Shown: positions 46,080 to 54,692 of the stretch, piece after piece
Layout: each line of letters starts with the position of its first letter
Numbering within the stretch: the first letter of the stretch is position 1
Assembly (NCBI GenBank): GCA_016211945.1
Contig: JACRHV010000011.1
Location: 787 to 64,786, forward strand
Direction of reading: 5' to 3'
Origin: Minisyncoccota bacterium
GTDB taxonomy: Bacteria > Patescibacteriota > Microgenomatia > UBA1400 > UBA12028
DNA length: 64,000 nt
The notes under the pieces: model-generated
Told to the model about the DNA's origin: nothing
The model's input: only the letters and a program-made list of their open reading frames with translations
Database searches by the model: none
Translations under genes and position numbers: made by a program

Positions 46080-46988
46080 ATGTCAAAAACAACTTCAACA
46101 CCCAAACAAAAAGCGAAAATCGACACACACGACCATCATCACGATCACACCCACGCCCCATCAATTCTTGGAGAAAATGTAAAATTTGAGATCACTATTC
46201 CATGGAAAGAGGTGCAAAAAGCATACGCCCGCGCACTTCAAGATATTGCATCCACCGCCGAACTCAAAGGCTTCCGTAAAGGCAAAGCTCCGCTCAAATT
46301 AGTCGAGGAAAAGGTTGGAAAGACCAAAATATATGAGGAATCTGTCTCAAGAGTGCTGAGTCCAGCTTACACCGAGGAGATAAAAAAGCGGGGGATTCGA
46401 CCCATCGTAGAGCCGCACGTCCATCCCAAATCACTTGAGGAAGAGAAGGATTGGGTCTTCGAGGTTGAGACAGCCGAGGCTCCAGAGGTAAAAGTTGCAG
46501 GATATAAAGAAAAAGTTCTTGAGAAAAAAGCAAAAACAAATATTATTTTACCTGGAAAAGATGAAAAACCAGCAACAGAAGATGAAAAACTTCGCACCAT
46601 TTTCCAGATTTTACTTGAGCATACGAATGTTCGCGTCCCTGAAATTTTGGTAAGAAATGAGACTAGTCAGGCGCTTTCTCGTCTGGTCGAACAGCTTGAT
46701 CGGCTCCATGTCACGCTTGAGGATTATGTAAAGTCAACACAAAAAACGATTGAGTCATTGAGGCAAGAGTATGCGGTAAGCGCGTTGACCTCACTTCAAC
46801 TTGAGTTCATTCTCGCCGAGATTTCAAAAGAGGAAAAACTTGAGGTAACAGACAAAGAAATTGATGATATTGTTGCCGCAATGCCGGATGAAAATCTGCG
46901 TAAAACAAGTCAAATGCCAGGACAACGAGCGTACATCGCATCAACCCTCCTCAGGAGAAAAACTGTGGAGTTTTTGCTGGCGTTGTAA
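46080..46988 (+). CDS. tig: Trigger-factor-like chaperone, short form (apparently lacks the PPIase domain)
   Basis: ELKGFRKGKAPLKLVEEKVG is the classic trigger-factor N-terminal ribosome-binding signature (GFRxGxxP); 302 aa versus ~430 for canonical Tig. Confidence 0.55.
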   Translation: MSKTTSTPKQKAKIDTHDHHHDHTHAPSILGENVKFEITIPWKEVQKAYARALQDIASTAELKGFRKGKAPLKLVEEKVGKTKIYEESVSRVLSPAYTEEIKKRGIRPIVEPHVHPKSLEEEKDWVFEVETAEAPEVKVAGYKEKVLEKKAKTNIILPGKDEKPATEDEKLRTIFQILLEHTNVRVPEILVRNETSQALSRLVEQLDRLHVTLEDYVKSTQKTIESLRQEYAVSALTSLQLEFILAEISKEEKLEVTDKEIDDIVAAMPDENLRKTSQMPGQRAYIASTLLRRKTVEFLLAL

Positions 46989-47052
46989 TCGGCACATTCC
47001 CCCTGATTTGTCAAGCCTTTTGTGATATAATTCGGCCAACTTAGAGGTTGGT

Positions 47053-47736
47053 ATGGCGCTTACACAGTTAAAACCACCGGGAAATTCGCAACAACAATCA
47101 AATTCTGGTGGAACCAGCAGCAATTTTGCAAAAGCTTTGTTAGAGGCTGGTGGTCATGTTGCGCAGTCAACGGTTGATACTGGTGTTCAGATGGCAAGTG
47201 ATGCGCTTGCATCGTTATTTGGCGCCGGGAGCGGATCCTCACTTCCTTCACAGTCGCAAACAGATGGGCAGTCTCCATTTACTCCGTCTTCGGAAAAACA
47301 AGATACTCCGTTCAACATGGAGCAAAAAGAGGCCGAGTGGAAACAGCACGAACTGCACATGATTCGGCACAGAGAAATCCAGCAGATGGAGGTCTACAAC
47401 GCACGACAAGTGCAGACCGATCGAAAAATCGAGCAACTTTTATCTGAACTTCAAGCCTTGGCAAAAGATTTAGACAAGGCGAACCGCGAGGCCAGAGAGG
47501 CGCAGATTGCGGTGATGCAAGGCGCAGTAAGTGGGGGCGATTATCACGTGACGTTCTTTGAACATTTATTGAAGGTCCTCGTGTTGCTGCGCAAGAGAGT
47601 AAAAGAGTCCACAACCTGGTTGCAGGCATTTAATGCCCGTGGCAAGGCGAAAAAAGGATATTGGGCTCAGTTTGCTTCCAATGGTACGCAATGGGCCATG
47701 TCCGGCGAGCGATCTATTGCGACAAGCGTGGGGTAA
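47053..47736 (+). CDS. Hypothetical protein: low-complexity Ser/Gly/Gln-rich N-terminus followed by a coiled coil
   Basis: ORF only; no motif recognised. Confidence 0.35.
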   Translation: MALTQLKPPGNSQQQSNSGGTSSNFAKALLEAGGHVAQSTVDTGVQMASDALASLFGAGSGSSLPSQSQTDGQSPFTPSSEKQDTPFNMEQKEAEWKQHELHMIRHREIQQMEVYNARQVQTDRKIEQLLSELQALAKDLDKANREAREAQIAVMQGAVSGGDYHVTFFEHLLKVLVLLRKRVKESTTWLQAFNARGKAKKGYWAQFASNGTQWAMSGERSIATSVG

Positions 47737-47876
47737 AAATTCTTCGAGTTTTTTGAGATATTGTGGCGATTTTTATCGAAATTTCCTCCTATTTTGAGCA
47801 GTTCTATTTTTGTAAGGGTATTGTAAGAATTGTAGCGTATTGTGAGTGACGTGGGCCCGTCCGATGGCCGGGGCGT

Positions 47877-47927
47877 ACGACTACCATCGTCATGCTTAGG
47901 GGGTTCGATTCCCCTCGAGTCCACGGG
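47877..47927 (+). other. Orphan tRNA-like 3' half (variable region + T-arm + acceptor 3' strand) with no matching 5' half nearby
   Basis: cttagggggttcgattcccctcgagtcca: a canonical T-loop (ttcgatt) closed by ggggg/cccct, then the 7-nt acceptor strand cgagtcc and discriminator a; no complementary ggactcg/gggctcg lies immediately upstream. Confidence 0.45.
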
Positions 47928-48123
47928 AAAAATAATAGATATATCAAAACTTTTTTCTCCTTGAATTTACTGGATAACGTAGTATTATATTCGCAATGGT
48001 AGTTGTATTTCCTCCAAAGGAAAGCATGACACAGAGACGCAGGGAAACTTGCGTTTTTTGTTGAAATTTGAGCGATTTTCTTCGGTGTTTCTTCTTGTTT
48101 TTGATATCTCGTTATGATAGAAT

Positions 48124-48852
48124 TTGTCTATGAGAAAATATCGTACGTATGATAAAAAAATTATATTTCGTGCACTAGATTTAAGAAGACAAGGACTTTC
48201 GTATAAAGAAATTCTTAAGAAGCTAGAAGAATATCATATCCCCAAAAACACGTTATCCAATTGGTGTACAAAAGCAAAGATTTCATTGGATGCTATAGCA
48301 AGCGGGAAACTTCTTGCATATCAGCGCGTAGCACGATATTCCGCACAGCTTAAGGGTTCTGCTTGGCAAAAAACCCAAAAAATTTTGAGACAAAAATTTG
48401 CAAAAATGGAAGCCAGATTCTGCATGCAAGATGTTCTATCTCTTCAATCTAATCTTTCAGACCTTCTATTTTTCTCTGGATTTTATATAGGAGAAGGTGT
48501 GAAATGCTCGGATGAGCATGTTATGTTTGCAAACTCAAAAATTGAGATCTTGAAATGTTGTCTTTCTATTTTTCGGAAAGTATTTTCTGTTGACGAGAGT
48601 AAGTTTCGTATTGCGCTCCATTTACGGCATGATCAAAACATAGAAGAACTCGAGAAATATTGGTCGCAAGAACTCTCCATTCCTTTATCACAAATTATCA
48701 AGAGTAATATTGATCAACGGACGATTGGGAAAAAAACTTTTGATACATATAAAGGCGTCTGTGCAATCTACTACTATGATGCTAAAATACAGAGATTCTT
48801 ACTTGAGTTACAAGAACAATTTGTACTCAATATTTTAAAAAAGGGCGATTAG
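48124..48852 (+). CDS. HTH + single-motif LAGLIDADG-like endonuclease-family protein; its stop codon lies inside the 5' end of tRNA-Val(GAC)
   Basis: LRRQGLSYKEILKKL...LSNWCTK (HTH-like); DLLFFSGFYIGEGVK resembles LAGFIDGDG; paralog of the ORF at 31807-32601 (shared RRxGLSY, xxWxEGxK, YW...P segments). Confidence 0.5.
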   Translation: MSMRKYRTYDKKIIFRALDLRRQGLSYKEILKKLEEYHIPKNTLSNWCTKAKISLDAIASGKLLAYQRVARYSAQLKGSAWQKTQKILRQKFAKMEARFCMQDVLSLQSNLSDLLFFSGFYIGEGVKCSDEHVMFANSKIEILKCCLSIFRKVFSVDESKFRIALHLRHDQNIEELEKYWSQELSIPLSQIIKSNIDQRTIGKKTFDTYKGVCAIYYYDAKIQRFLLELQEQFVLNILKKGD

Positions 48853-48916
48853 CTCAGTTGGTTAGAGCGCTTGATCGACATTCAAGAGGTAACAGGTCCG
48901 AATCCTGTATCGCCCA
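48843..48916 (+). tRNA. tRNA-Val (anticodon GAC); apparent C at position 33
   Basis: gggcgattagctcagttggttagagcgcttgatcgacattcaagaggtaacaggtccgaatcctgtatcgccca; anticodon stem cttga/tcaag, loop tcGACat. Confidence 0.75.
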
Positions 48917-48937
48917 CTATAAGGAAAACCTGAAAAT

Positions 48938-49144
48938 CTATTTTTTCTTTTTCTTTTTTGTAGGTGCTACTTCCGTAAGCACATCCCATACAGCTCGAAG
49001 AATCGCTAAGTGAGCTAACGGATTTTTCGATCCACCAGACAGTTCTTTGTAATGAGTAAAAGCCCCCAATGGATCTGTTTCAACTAGCTTCCTTATCTTC
49101 CGACGAAGTTCTGACTCAACAAATGTTGCTCTTCCAGCTCCCAT
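48938..49144 (-). CDS. Hypothetical small protein with a poly-Lys C-terminus
   Basis: 68-aa ORF. Confidence 0.2.
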   Translation of the reverse strand: MGAGRATFVESELRRKIRKLVETDPLGAFTHYKELSGGSKNPLAHLAILRAVWDVLTEVAPTKKKKKK

Positions 49145-49347
49145 ACCCCGATCCTACCACATTTACACCCCCGCTTCCATATGCTACACTCTCTTTAAGT
49201 AAACATTCTCGTTGATCCGGCCACCAACCGAGGAGAGAATCGGCATCGTCGCTGAACGACGAAAGATTAAGTCACGAATCAGGATGGAACCGTTCGCCGC
49301 AAGCGAACTCCTGAGTACGTGGCTTTTTTTGTATATAAAGGAACACT

Positions 49348-51228
49348 ATGGGTAACCCACAGCCAAAAAATCTCGATAATCTTCGCCACTCCTGCGCCCA
49401 CCTGCTCGCAAAGGCAGTACTGGAACTTTACCCCGGCGCACACAACGCGATCGGACCGTCCATAGAACACGGGTTTTACCAAGACTTTGATTTTGGCGAC
49501 ACAAAAATATCAGAAGATGATCTTCCAAAAATTGAGGAAAAAATGCGGGAGATTTTGCCGAGTTGGACACATTTTGAGTTCAATGAGGTGACGCTGGAAG
49601 AAGCAAAAAAATTATTCAAGCATAATCCGTACAAAATTGAGTTGGCAATAGAATTTGCGGGTGAAGGAAAAAAACTTACCACAAATAACCCGGGAAATTT
49701 CCTCGATCTCTGCAAAATGGGTCACGTAGAAAATCCGTCTAAAGAAATGCAACACTTCAAACTCACAAAAGTTGCTGGTGCGTATTGGCGTGGTGATGAA
49801 AAAAATAAAATGCTCACACGTATCTACGGCACGGTGTGGACAACGCAACAAGAGCTCGATACCTATCTTCAACAGCAAGAAGAGGCAAAGAAGCGAGATC
49901 ATCGCAAACTCGGACAAGAGCTCGATTTATTCTCCACAAATATGCTCACGGGCCAGGGACTTATTCTGTGGCATCCAAAACTCGCGGTTGCAAGAAATGT
50001 GGTTGAACAGTACTGGAGAGATGAACACTATAAACGTGGATACCAACTTGTGTTTACACCGCACATTGCAAGCATGGATATGTTCGTCAAAAGTCGGCAC
50101 TTGTCAAAATATATTAACTCGATGTTCCCAGTGATGCTGCACCAATATATCGAGGGAGAAAGCGCGCCGGACTACCAAGTAGATGAGGTGTTGAAACCAA
50201 TGAACTGCCCGAATCACATTCAGATTTTTAAGGCGCGGCCGCGCAGTTATCGCGAGCTGCCACTGCGCATCGGCGAGCTGGGTACGGTATATCGATATGA
50301 GCGCGCCGGTGTTTTGCATGGCATGACACGCGTACGCGGATTTACGCAGGATGACTCGCATATTTTTTGTACGCCGGACCAAGTAATTGGTGAGGTGCGC
50401 AGTGTATTGCAGTTGATGAAAGATGTGTACGCACTTTTTGGTTTCCAAGATTATCAAGCATATATTTCTACGCGCCCGAAAAAATATTTAGGGTCGTTGG
50501 AGATGTGGGATTTTGCAGAAGAGTCGTTGAAAAAAGCTGCATCTGCAGAAAAATTTGAGTACAAAATTGATGAAGGTGAGGGTGTTTTCTACGGTCCAAA
50601 AATCGATATCAAAGTAAAAGACTCTCTTGGTCGCGAGTGGCAGTTGGGGACGGTGCAGTTCGACTTCAACCAGCCGGACAAGGCTGAGTCAACAGAAGAT
50701 GATATTGACGAGTTTTGGCAGCTGAAAACATTCAAGATGAAGTTTAAGACGCGCGAGAATTTGGCGAAGTATTTGAAGCAGATTGGGCGCGGATTCAACG
50801 TAACCTACATTGATAACGACGGAAAAGAAAAACAGTGTGTCATGATTCACCGTGTTGTGTTTGGGTCAATGGAGCGCTTCTTTGGCATCTTGATCGAACA
50901 TTACGGCGGGGCATTCCCATTGTGGATGGCGCCAATCCAGGCTGTGGTCATTCCCATCTCACAGGACCAAAACGAGTACGCGGAAAAGGTGTTAGGTGAG
51001 TTGCGAACTGCTGGCTTACGGGCGGAAAACTGGAACGAGGCCGAGAGTATGCAGAATCGCATCCGCAAAGCGGAACACGAGAAAGTGCCGTTCATGTTGG
51101 TGGTTGGAAAGAAGGAGGCCGCGGAGGGGACGGTGGCGGTACGCGCACGTGGAAATAAAAATGAGGGAGTGGTGAAAGTTGAGGAGTTTGTGAAGAGGTG
51201 TTTGGAGAAGATGGCGGCGAGAGGATAG
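49348..51228 (+). CDS. thrS: Threonyl-tRNA synthetase (lacks the N1/TGS domain; begins in the N2 editing domain)
   Basis: RHSCAHLLAKAV (editing-domain HxxxH); class II motifs HRKLGQELDLFS, FRYE, GSMERF; C-terminal anticodon-binding domain. Confidence 0.9.
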   Translation: MGNPQPKNLDNLRHSCAHLLAKAVLELYPGAHNAIGPSIEHGFYQDFDFGDTKISEDDLPKIEEKMREILPSWTHFEFNEVTLEEAKKLFKHNPYKIELAIEFAGEGKKLTTNNPGNFLDLCKMGHVENPSKEMQHFKLTKVAGAYWRGDEKNKMLTRIYGTVWTTQQELDTYLQQQEEAKKRDHRKLGQELDLFSTNMLTGQGLILWHPKLAVARNVVEQYWRDEHYKRGYQLVFTPHIASMDMFVKSRHLSKYINSMFPVMLHQYIEGESAPDYQVDEVLKPMNCPNHIQIFKARPRSYRELPLRIGELGTVYRYERAGVLHGMTRVRGFTQDDSHIFCTPDQVIGEVRSVLQLMKDVYALFGFQDYQAYISTRPKKYLGSLEMWDFAEESLKKAASAEKFEYKIDEGEGVFYGPKIDIKVKDSLGREWQLGTVQFDFNQPDKAESTEDDIDEFWQLKTFKMKFKTRENLAKYLKQIGRGFNVTYIDNDGKEKQCVMIHRVVFGSMERFFGILIEHYGGAFPLWMAPIQAVVIPISQDQNEYAEKVLGELRTAGLRAENWNEAESMQNRIRKAEHEKVPFMLVVGKKEAAEGTVAVRARGNKNEGVVKVEEFVKRCLEKMAARG

Positions 51229-51275
51229 CCACAAAAACGCAAATTTTTAACGAAAAAAGGCAGGCTAATACAACA

Positions 51276-51308
51276 ACTCCTCGGTTTCCAACCGAGGAGT
51301 GTTTTCGT
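51276..51308. terminator. Bidirectional rho-independent terminator between thrS (+) and the convergent minus-strand gene
   Basis: aactcctcggtttccaaccgaggagtgttttc: an actcctcgg/ccgaggagt stem flanked by A/T runs on both strands. Confidence 0.5.
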
Positions 51309-51318
51309 GCAGGGTGGG

Positions 51319-51930
51319 CTATTCTTTAAAGTCGTTATCATACAAGAGAAAAACTGTCTCTTGTTTGATATCCGACTCCATAATGACAACATAGATCGTG
51401 TTGCCACCACGTTTCACCTCGCCATATGCCCACACCCCCGTGCCACCGGTAATTGACTGTATGCATTTGTCTTTATTATCCCCGGTCGGCGCACAGTATC
51501 CACTGCCGCCAAAAGCGCGAATTTTCATCACCTTGGGGGAATCATAGAGAACAAAGGTGTATCCCGTTTTGGCTTCGTAGCCTAAACGGCCCCACTCAGC
51601 AACCTTGAGCCGCACCGATTCTTTACCAGCCAAAACCTTGTTTGGATCAAGGTTTGAAGTTGCTGACTGACCAGCTCCTTGATCTTTCGATTGAGGAGCA
51701 GGTTGCTGGGCGTTGGGCGCTTTGAGCTGGGCAACGACTTGCGCCAGTATTTCGTTGGTTTTACCCAACTGTGCTTCGACGCCCTTCATATCAGCATTCA
51801 ACGCTACTGATGAAGAAACTGGCGGACGTGGGGAAAACCAAATTGCGGCGCTGATGATCAACGCCATGGTAACACCCACAACCAACCGGGAGTTTAGGAA
51901 CTCCCAAAAACCTTTTGTTAATTTTCCCAT
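51319..51930 (-). CDS. Hypothetical membrane-anchored protein
   Basis: N-terminal TM helix, then a Gln/Ala/Pro-rich linker and a C-terminal globular part. Confidence 0.35.
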   Translation of the reverse strand: MGKLTKGFWEFLNSRLVVGVTMALIISAAIWFSPRPPVSSSVALNADMKGVEAQLGKTNEILAQVVAQLKAPNAQQPAPQSKDQGAGQSATSNLDPNKVLAGKESVRLKVAEWGRLGYEAKTGYTFVLYDSPKVMKIRAFGGSGYCAPTGDNKDKCIQSITGGTGVWAYGEVKRGGNTIYVVIMESDIKQETVFLLYDNDFKE

Positions 51931-52310
51931 ATTGTTTTTAACTTAAGCCTCCTCCATTGTGAGGCCTTGTCCAAACCTGACCGTAACATCCGTTACATCT
52001 CAAGCTGGACAGAAAAAAGACAAGATTTATCCTCTTTCCGCCCAGCTCAAGTGTCTTTTTTTGGAGAAACAAGAGTGTGGCGAAACCTAATTTAATAGCC
52101 ATAGCCATATTGATACTGCAAAAAGTCCATGATTGCTCTCGTAATCGAGGAACATCATGTTCTTCTCACACATATCACCTGCACTGTTAATGAGCATGCT
52201 GGGACACATCGCCAGTGATTGGCGAACGTACCATACATACGTACTGCGCATTATACCAAAATAGGCTTTAGAATTCAGATTATAGGATATGAAGAATAAC
52301 CTTAAAAAAA

Positions 52311-52622
52311 CTATCTCTTAAGCCACGGCGGAACGCCACCGCCACCATCTTGGGTACTTGCTTCTCGAAGTTGCGTCTCTGACTCACCGCGTAAAGACAC
52401 TGTAACTATTCCTGCATTATCAAGAACAGAAGCAATGTCAAAATCATATGTTGACCTGAAAAAACGTAATGTTACTGTTTCCAAGACTTCTAATTTTCTG
52501 GGAATAAATTTTTGATGCTCTACTAACACGTTGTGTTTCATCATGTACGTCAGCAACGACAATGCTTCTGGTGCTGATAAAACCAGTGATACTTCAACCG
52601 GTCCCAACCATAATTCTGCCAT
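52311..52622 (-). CDS. Hypothetical small protein
   Basis: 103-aa ORF. Confidence 0.3.
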   Translation of the reverse strand: MAELWLGPVEVSLVLSAPEALSLLTYMMKHNVLVEHQKFIPRKLEVLETVTLRFFRSTYDFDIASVLDNAGIVTVSLRGESETQLREASTQDGGGGVPPWLKR

Positions 52623-52706
52623 ATTTCCTCTTGTCTCTTATTCCAGGCATGTAGTATAATGCTTTGTCTGGGATAATCAAGAGAAACTTCCAGCAAGACT
52701 AACGTT

Positions 52707-53279
52707 ATGAGTTCTAAAACATTCTATAAAATTAACCATTTCATCCAGGCGCCGGAACTTCGGGTGTTAGACCAGTTTAACAAGCAAATTGGTGTTATGT
52801 CGAAACAGGATGCCCTCGTAAAGGCCCAAGAACTTGGTGTCGATCTTGTCGAGATTGCCTCGAGTGCAAAGCCTCCTGTCGCTAAACTGATTAACTTCGC
52901 GAAGTTCAAATACCAGCAACAACAAAAAGAACAGGAAGAAAAGAAGAAAAACAAGGCGGCCGAGCTGAAAGAGCTTCGATTTACCCCGGTCATCGCGCAA
53001 GGCGACTTTGACTCGCGCATCAAAAAGGCACGCAACTATCTTGAGGGTAACGATAAAGTCCGTCTTGTGGTAAAATTCACCGGTCGGCAGATCACGCGTA
53101 AGGATTTTGGCGAACGAGTGCTCAAGCGCGCAGTGGAGCAGTTGCAGGATTGTTCGATGGTTGAGATTCAGCCGAGATTACTTGGCAAGTTCATGATGAT
53201 GCAGCTCACGCCAACAAAGAAAAAAAAGGTACAAACACAGTCAGCCCGAGGTGAAACTGAGGCAAAGAAAGAGGAATAG
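52707..53279 (+). CDS. infC: Translation initiation factor IF-3
   Basis: [61 protein letters not shown] is the IF3 N-domain signature; the true start may be a non-ATG codon upstream. Confidence 0.85.
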   Translation: MSSKTFYKINHFIQAPELRVLDQFNKQIGVMSKQDALVKAQELGVDLVEIASSAKPPVAKLINFAKFKYQQQQKEQEEKKKNKAAELKELRFTPVIAQGDFDSRIKKARNYLEGNDKVRLVVKFTGRQITRKDFGERVLKRAVEQLQDCSMVEIQPRLLGKFMMMQLTPTKKKKVQTQSARGETEAKKEE

Positions 53280-53280
53280 T

Positions 53281-53499
53281 ATGTCAAGAAAACAAGGACC
53301 ACAAGGAAAAATGAAAACGCGTAAATCGGCCGCGAAGCGGTTTAAGATTACCGCAACCGGGAAGATCATGATGCGATCACAAAACATTCGACACTTAAAG
53401 CGCCATAAGTCGAAAAAGGCATTGCGCGCTGGTCGAGTTCCATTGCAGTTAAAGGGAAAGTTCGCAAAGAAAATCAAGCAGATGCTTGGCATTGCATAA
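53281..53499 (+). CDS. rpmI: Ribosomal protein L35
   Basis: [19 protein letters not shown] fits the L35 signature (PKxKTxxxAxKRF); start set at the internal ATG of the longer ORF. Confidence 0.85.
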   Translation: MSRKQGPQGKMKTRKSAAKRFKITATGKIMMRSQNIRHLKRHKSKKALRAGRVPLQLKGKFAKKIKQMLGIA

Positions 53500-53514
53500 C
53501 GAAGGGGAAACACT

Positions 53515-53862
53515 ATGAGAGTGAAAACTGGAATTGTTCGACGCAAGAGTCATAAGGCCGTATTGGCGCGTACAAAAGGATTTCGCATGACGAAAAGCCG
53601 CTTGTACAAAGTGGCGAAAGAGGCGGATCTTCACGCAGGACAGTACGCGTTCATCGGCCGACGACTGAAGAAGCGCGATCTTCGTTCACTGTGGATCACG
53701 CGCATCAGTGCCGCGGTAAAGATGGTTGATGAGAAGTTGAATTACAGTCGATTTATCAAAGCACTGAAAGATGCGAAGGTCACTTTAGATCGTAAAGTGT
53801 TGGCTGACATTGCTGCAAAAGATATGAAGACGTTTGGTGAGATAGTAAAGAAGGTGAGGTAG
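53515..53862 (+). CDS. rplT: Ribosomal protein L20
   Basis: MRVKTGIVRRKSHKAVLARTKGFR...YAFIGRRLKKRDLRSLWITRI. Confidence 0.9.
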   Translation: MRVKTGIVRRKSHKAVLARTKGFRMTKSRLYKVAKEADLHAGQYAFIGRRLKKRDLRSLWITRISAAVKMVDEKLNYSRFIKALKDAKVTLDRKVLADIAAKDMKTFGEIVKKVR

Positions 53863-53863
53863 C

Positions 53864-54160
53864 ATGGTTGAAGAAGAAAATCAGGAAACCCCAGAAGAAA
53901 AACTTGAAAACTTGTTTTTGGGCATACAGTCTACTCAAAAAGCTGCAAATGAACTCAAAACAGATACCCTAGCGTCTGCCGAAGAAAAACAGAAATTGAA
54001 TTTACATTTACTTATTCAAATTGAAGATTATAAGTTCTACCTTGAGCAATATGACATGTTAGACGAGAAAAGAGCAGAAATTATTTCCGAGATGAAAAGA
54101 AGTACAAAAGAAATCCTCAGATCAATTGGTGAAGAAATAAAATTACTGAAAAAAGACTAA
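53864..54160 (+). CDS. Hypothetical small acidic coiled-coil protein
   Basis: 98-aa ORF starting 2 nt after rplT. Confidence 0.3.
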   Translation: MVEEENQETPEEKLENLFLGIQSTQKAANELKTDTLASAEEKQKLNLHLLIQIEDYKFYLEQYDMLDEKRAEIISEMKRSTKEILRSIGEEIKLLKKD

Positions 54161-54187
54161 CGAAATATAAAGATCCGCATCTTATCT

Positions 54188-54532
54188 ATGCCAACCGCAG
54201 AATCACAACAAGGTTTACGCGAAAAATTGAACAAAGAAGGTGTTGATTCCATCCTCGCCGTTTGTTCCTCATCGTTTCTTGCAAATGAGACAGATCGTGG
54301 TGCTGCTACAACTGAGCAATGGATAAGAACATTTATGTCAGATCATACGTACGCTATTTCTGACGATCTTGCTAAAAAACTTGAACGAGTATTAAGTGAA
54401 ATAGATTCTCATCGAAAGAATCAAAAAAGGACTTTTCAACAAGACTCTTTTGGTAAAGTCGGCGGAGCAAGCCCCACTATCATTCCAGGAGAGGAAGATA
54501 ATCTTGGAAAACATCCCGCAGACCGCGACTAA
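54188..54532 (+). CDS. Hypothetical small protein
   Basis: 114-aa ORF. Confidence 0.3.
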   Translation: MPTAESQQGLREKLNKEGVDSILAVCSSSFLANETDRGAATTEQWIRTFMSDHTYAISDDLAKKLERVLSEIDSHRKNQKRTFQQDSFGKVGGASPTIIPGEEDNLGKHPADRD

Positions 54533-54636
54533 TCTGTGCTACAATAACCCTATGTCTACAAATCTTTTCTCATTTTTCTTTTTTACCTCCAGGGAGGCTG
54601 TTTTGTCGTAGACACAAAAATATCTCGACAACACGA

Positions 54637-54660
54637 CCTCCGAAACTCGGAGGTTTTTTT
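54637..54660 (+). terminator. Rho-independent terminator ~35 nt upstream of pheS
   Basis: cctccgaaactcggaggttttttt. Confidence 0.55.
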
Positions 54661-54692
54661 GTATTGAGGAGAAAGATATAATAGAAGGACTT

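Noticed and set aside
47667-47924. 85-aa minus-strand ORF beginning MDSRGIEPP
   Set aside because: It is the antisense translation of the tRNA-like T-arm (ggttcgattcc reads as GIEP on the opposite strand); a classic spurious ORF over a tRNA-like element.
47577-47927. Full tmRNA (ssrA) hypothesis for the orphan tRNA-like 3' end
   Set aside because: A possible 5' partner (gggctca at ~47662) exists, but it lies inside a long ORF. The element would be only ~265 nt. I could not find a plausible resume codon or tag-peptide frame ending in a hydrophobic xAA-like tail. I kept it only as a minority alternative in the findings.
51950-52310. 360-nt non-coding gap with partial dyad symmetries (agctggacag ... 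cccagctcaag ... T-run)
   Set aside because: The stems I could draw are imperfect and I recognise no ncRNA family. Noted as a gap worth an Rfam scan, but not reportable as a feature.
54533-54692. T-box leader for pheS-pheT
   Set aside because: A strong terminator sits 35 nt upstream of pheS, but no T-box consensus (no ggtgg/accgcg-like element) is present. It is called as an ordinary terminator of the upstream gene.
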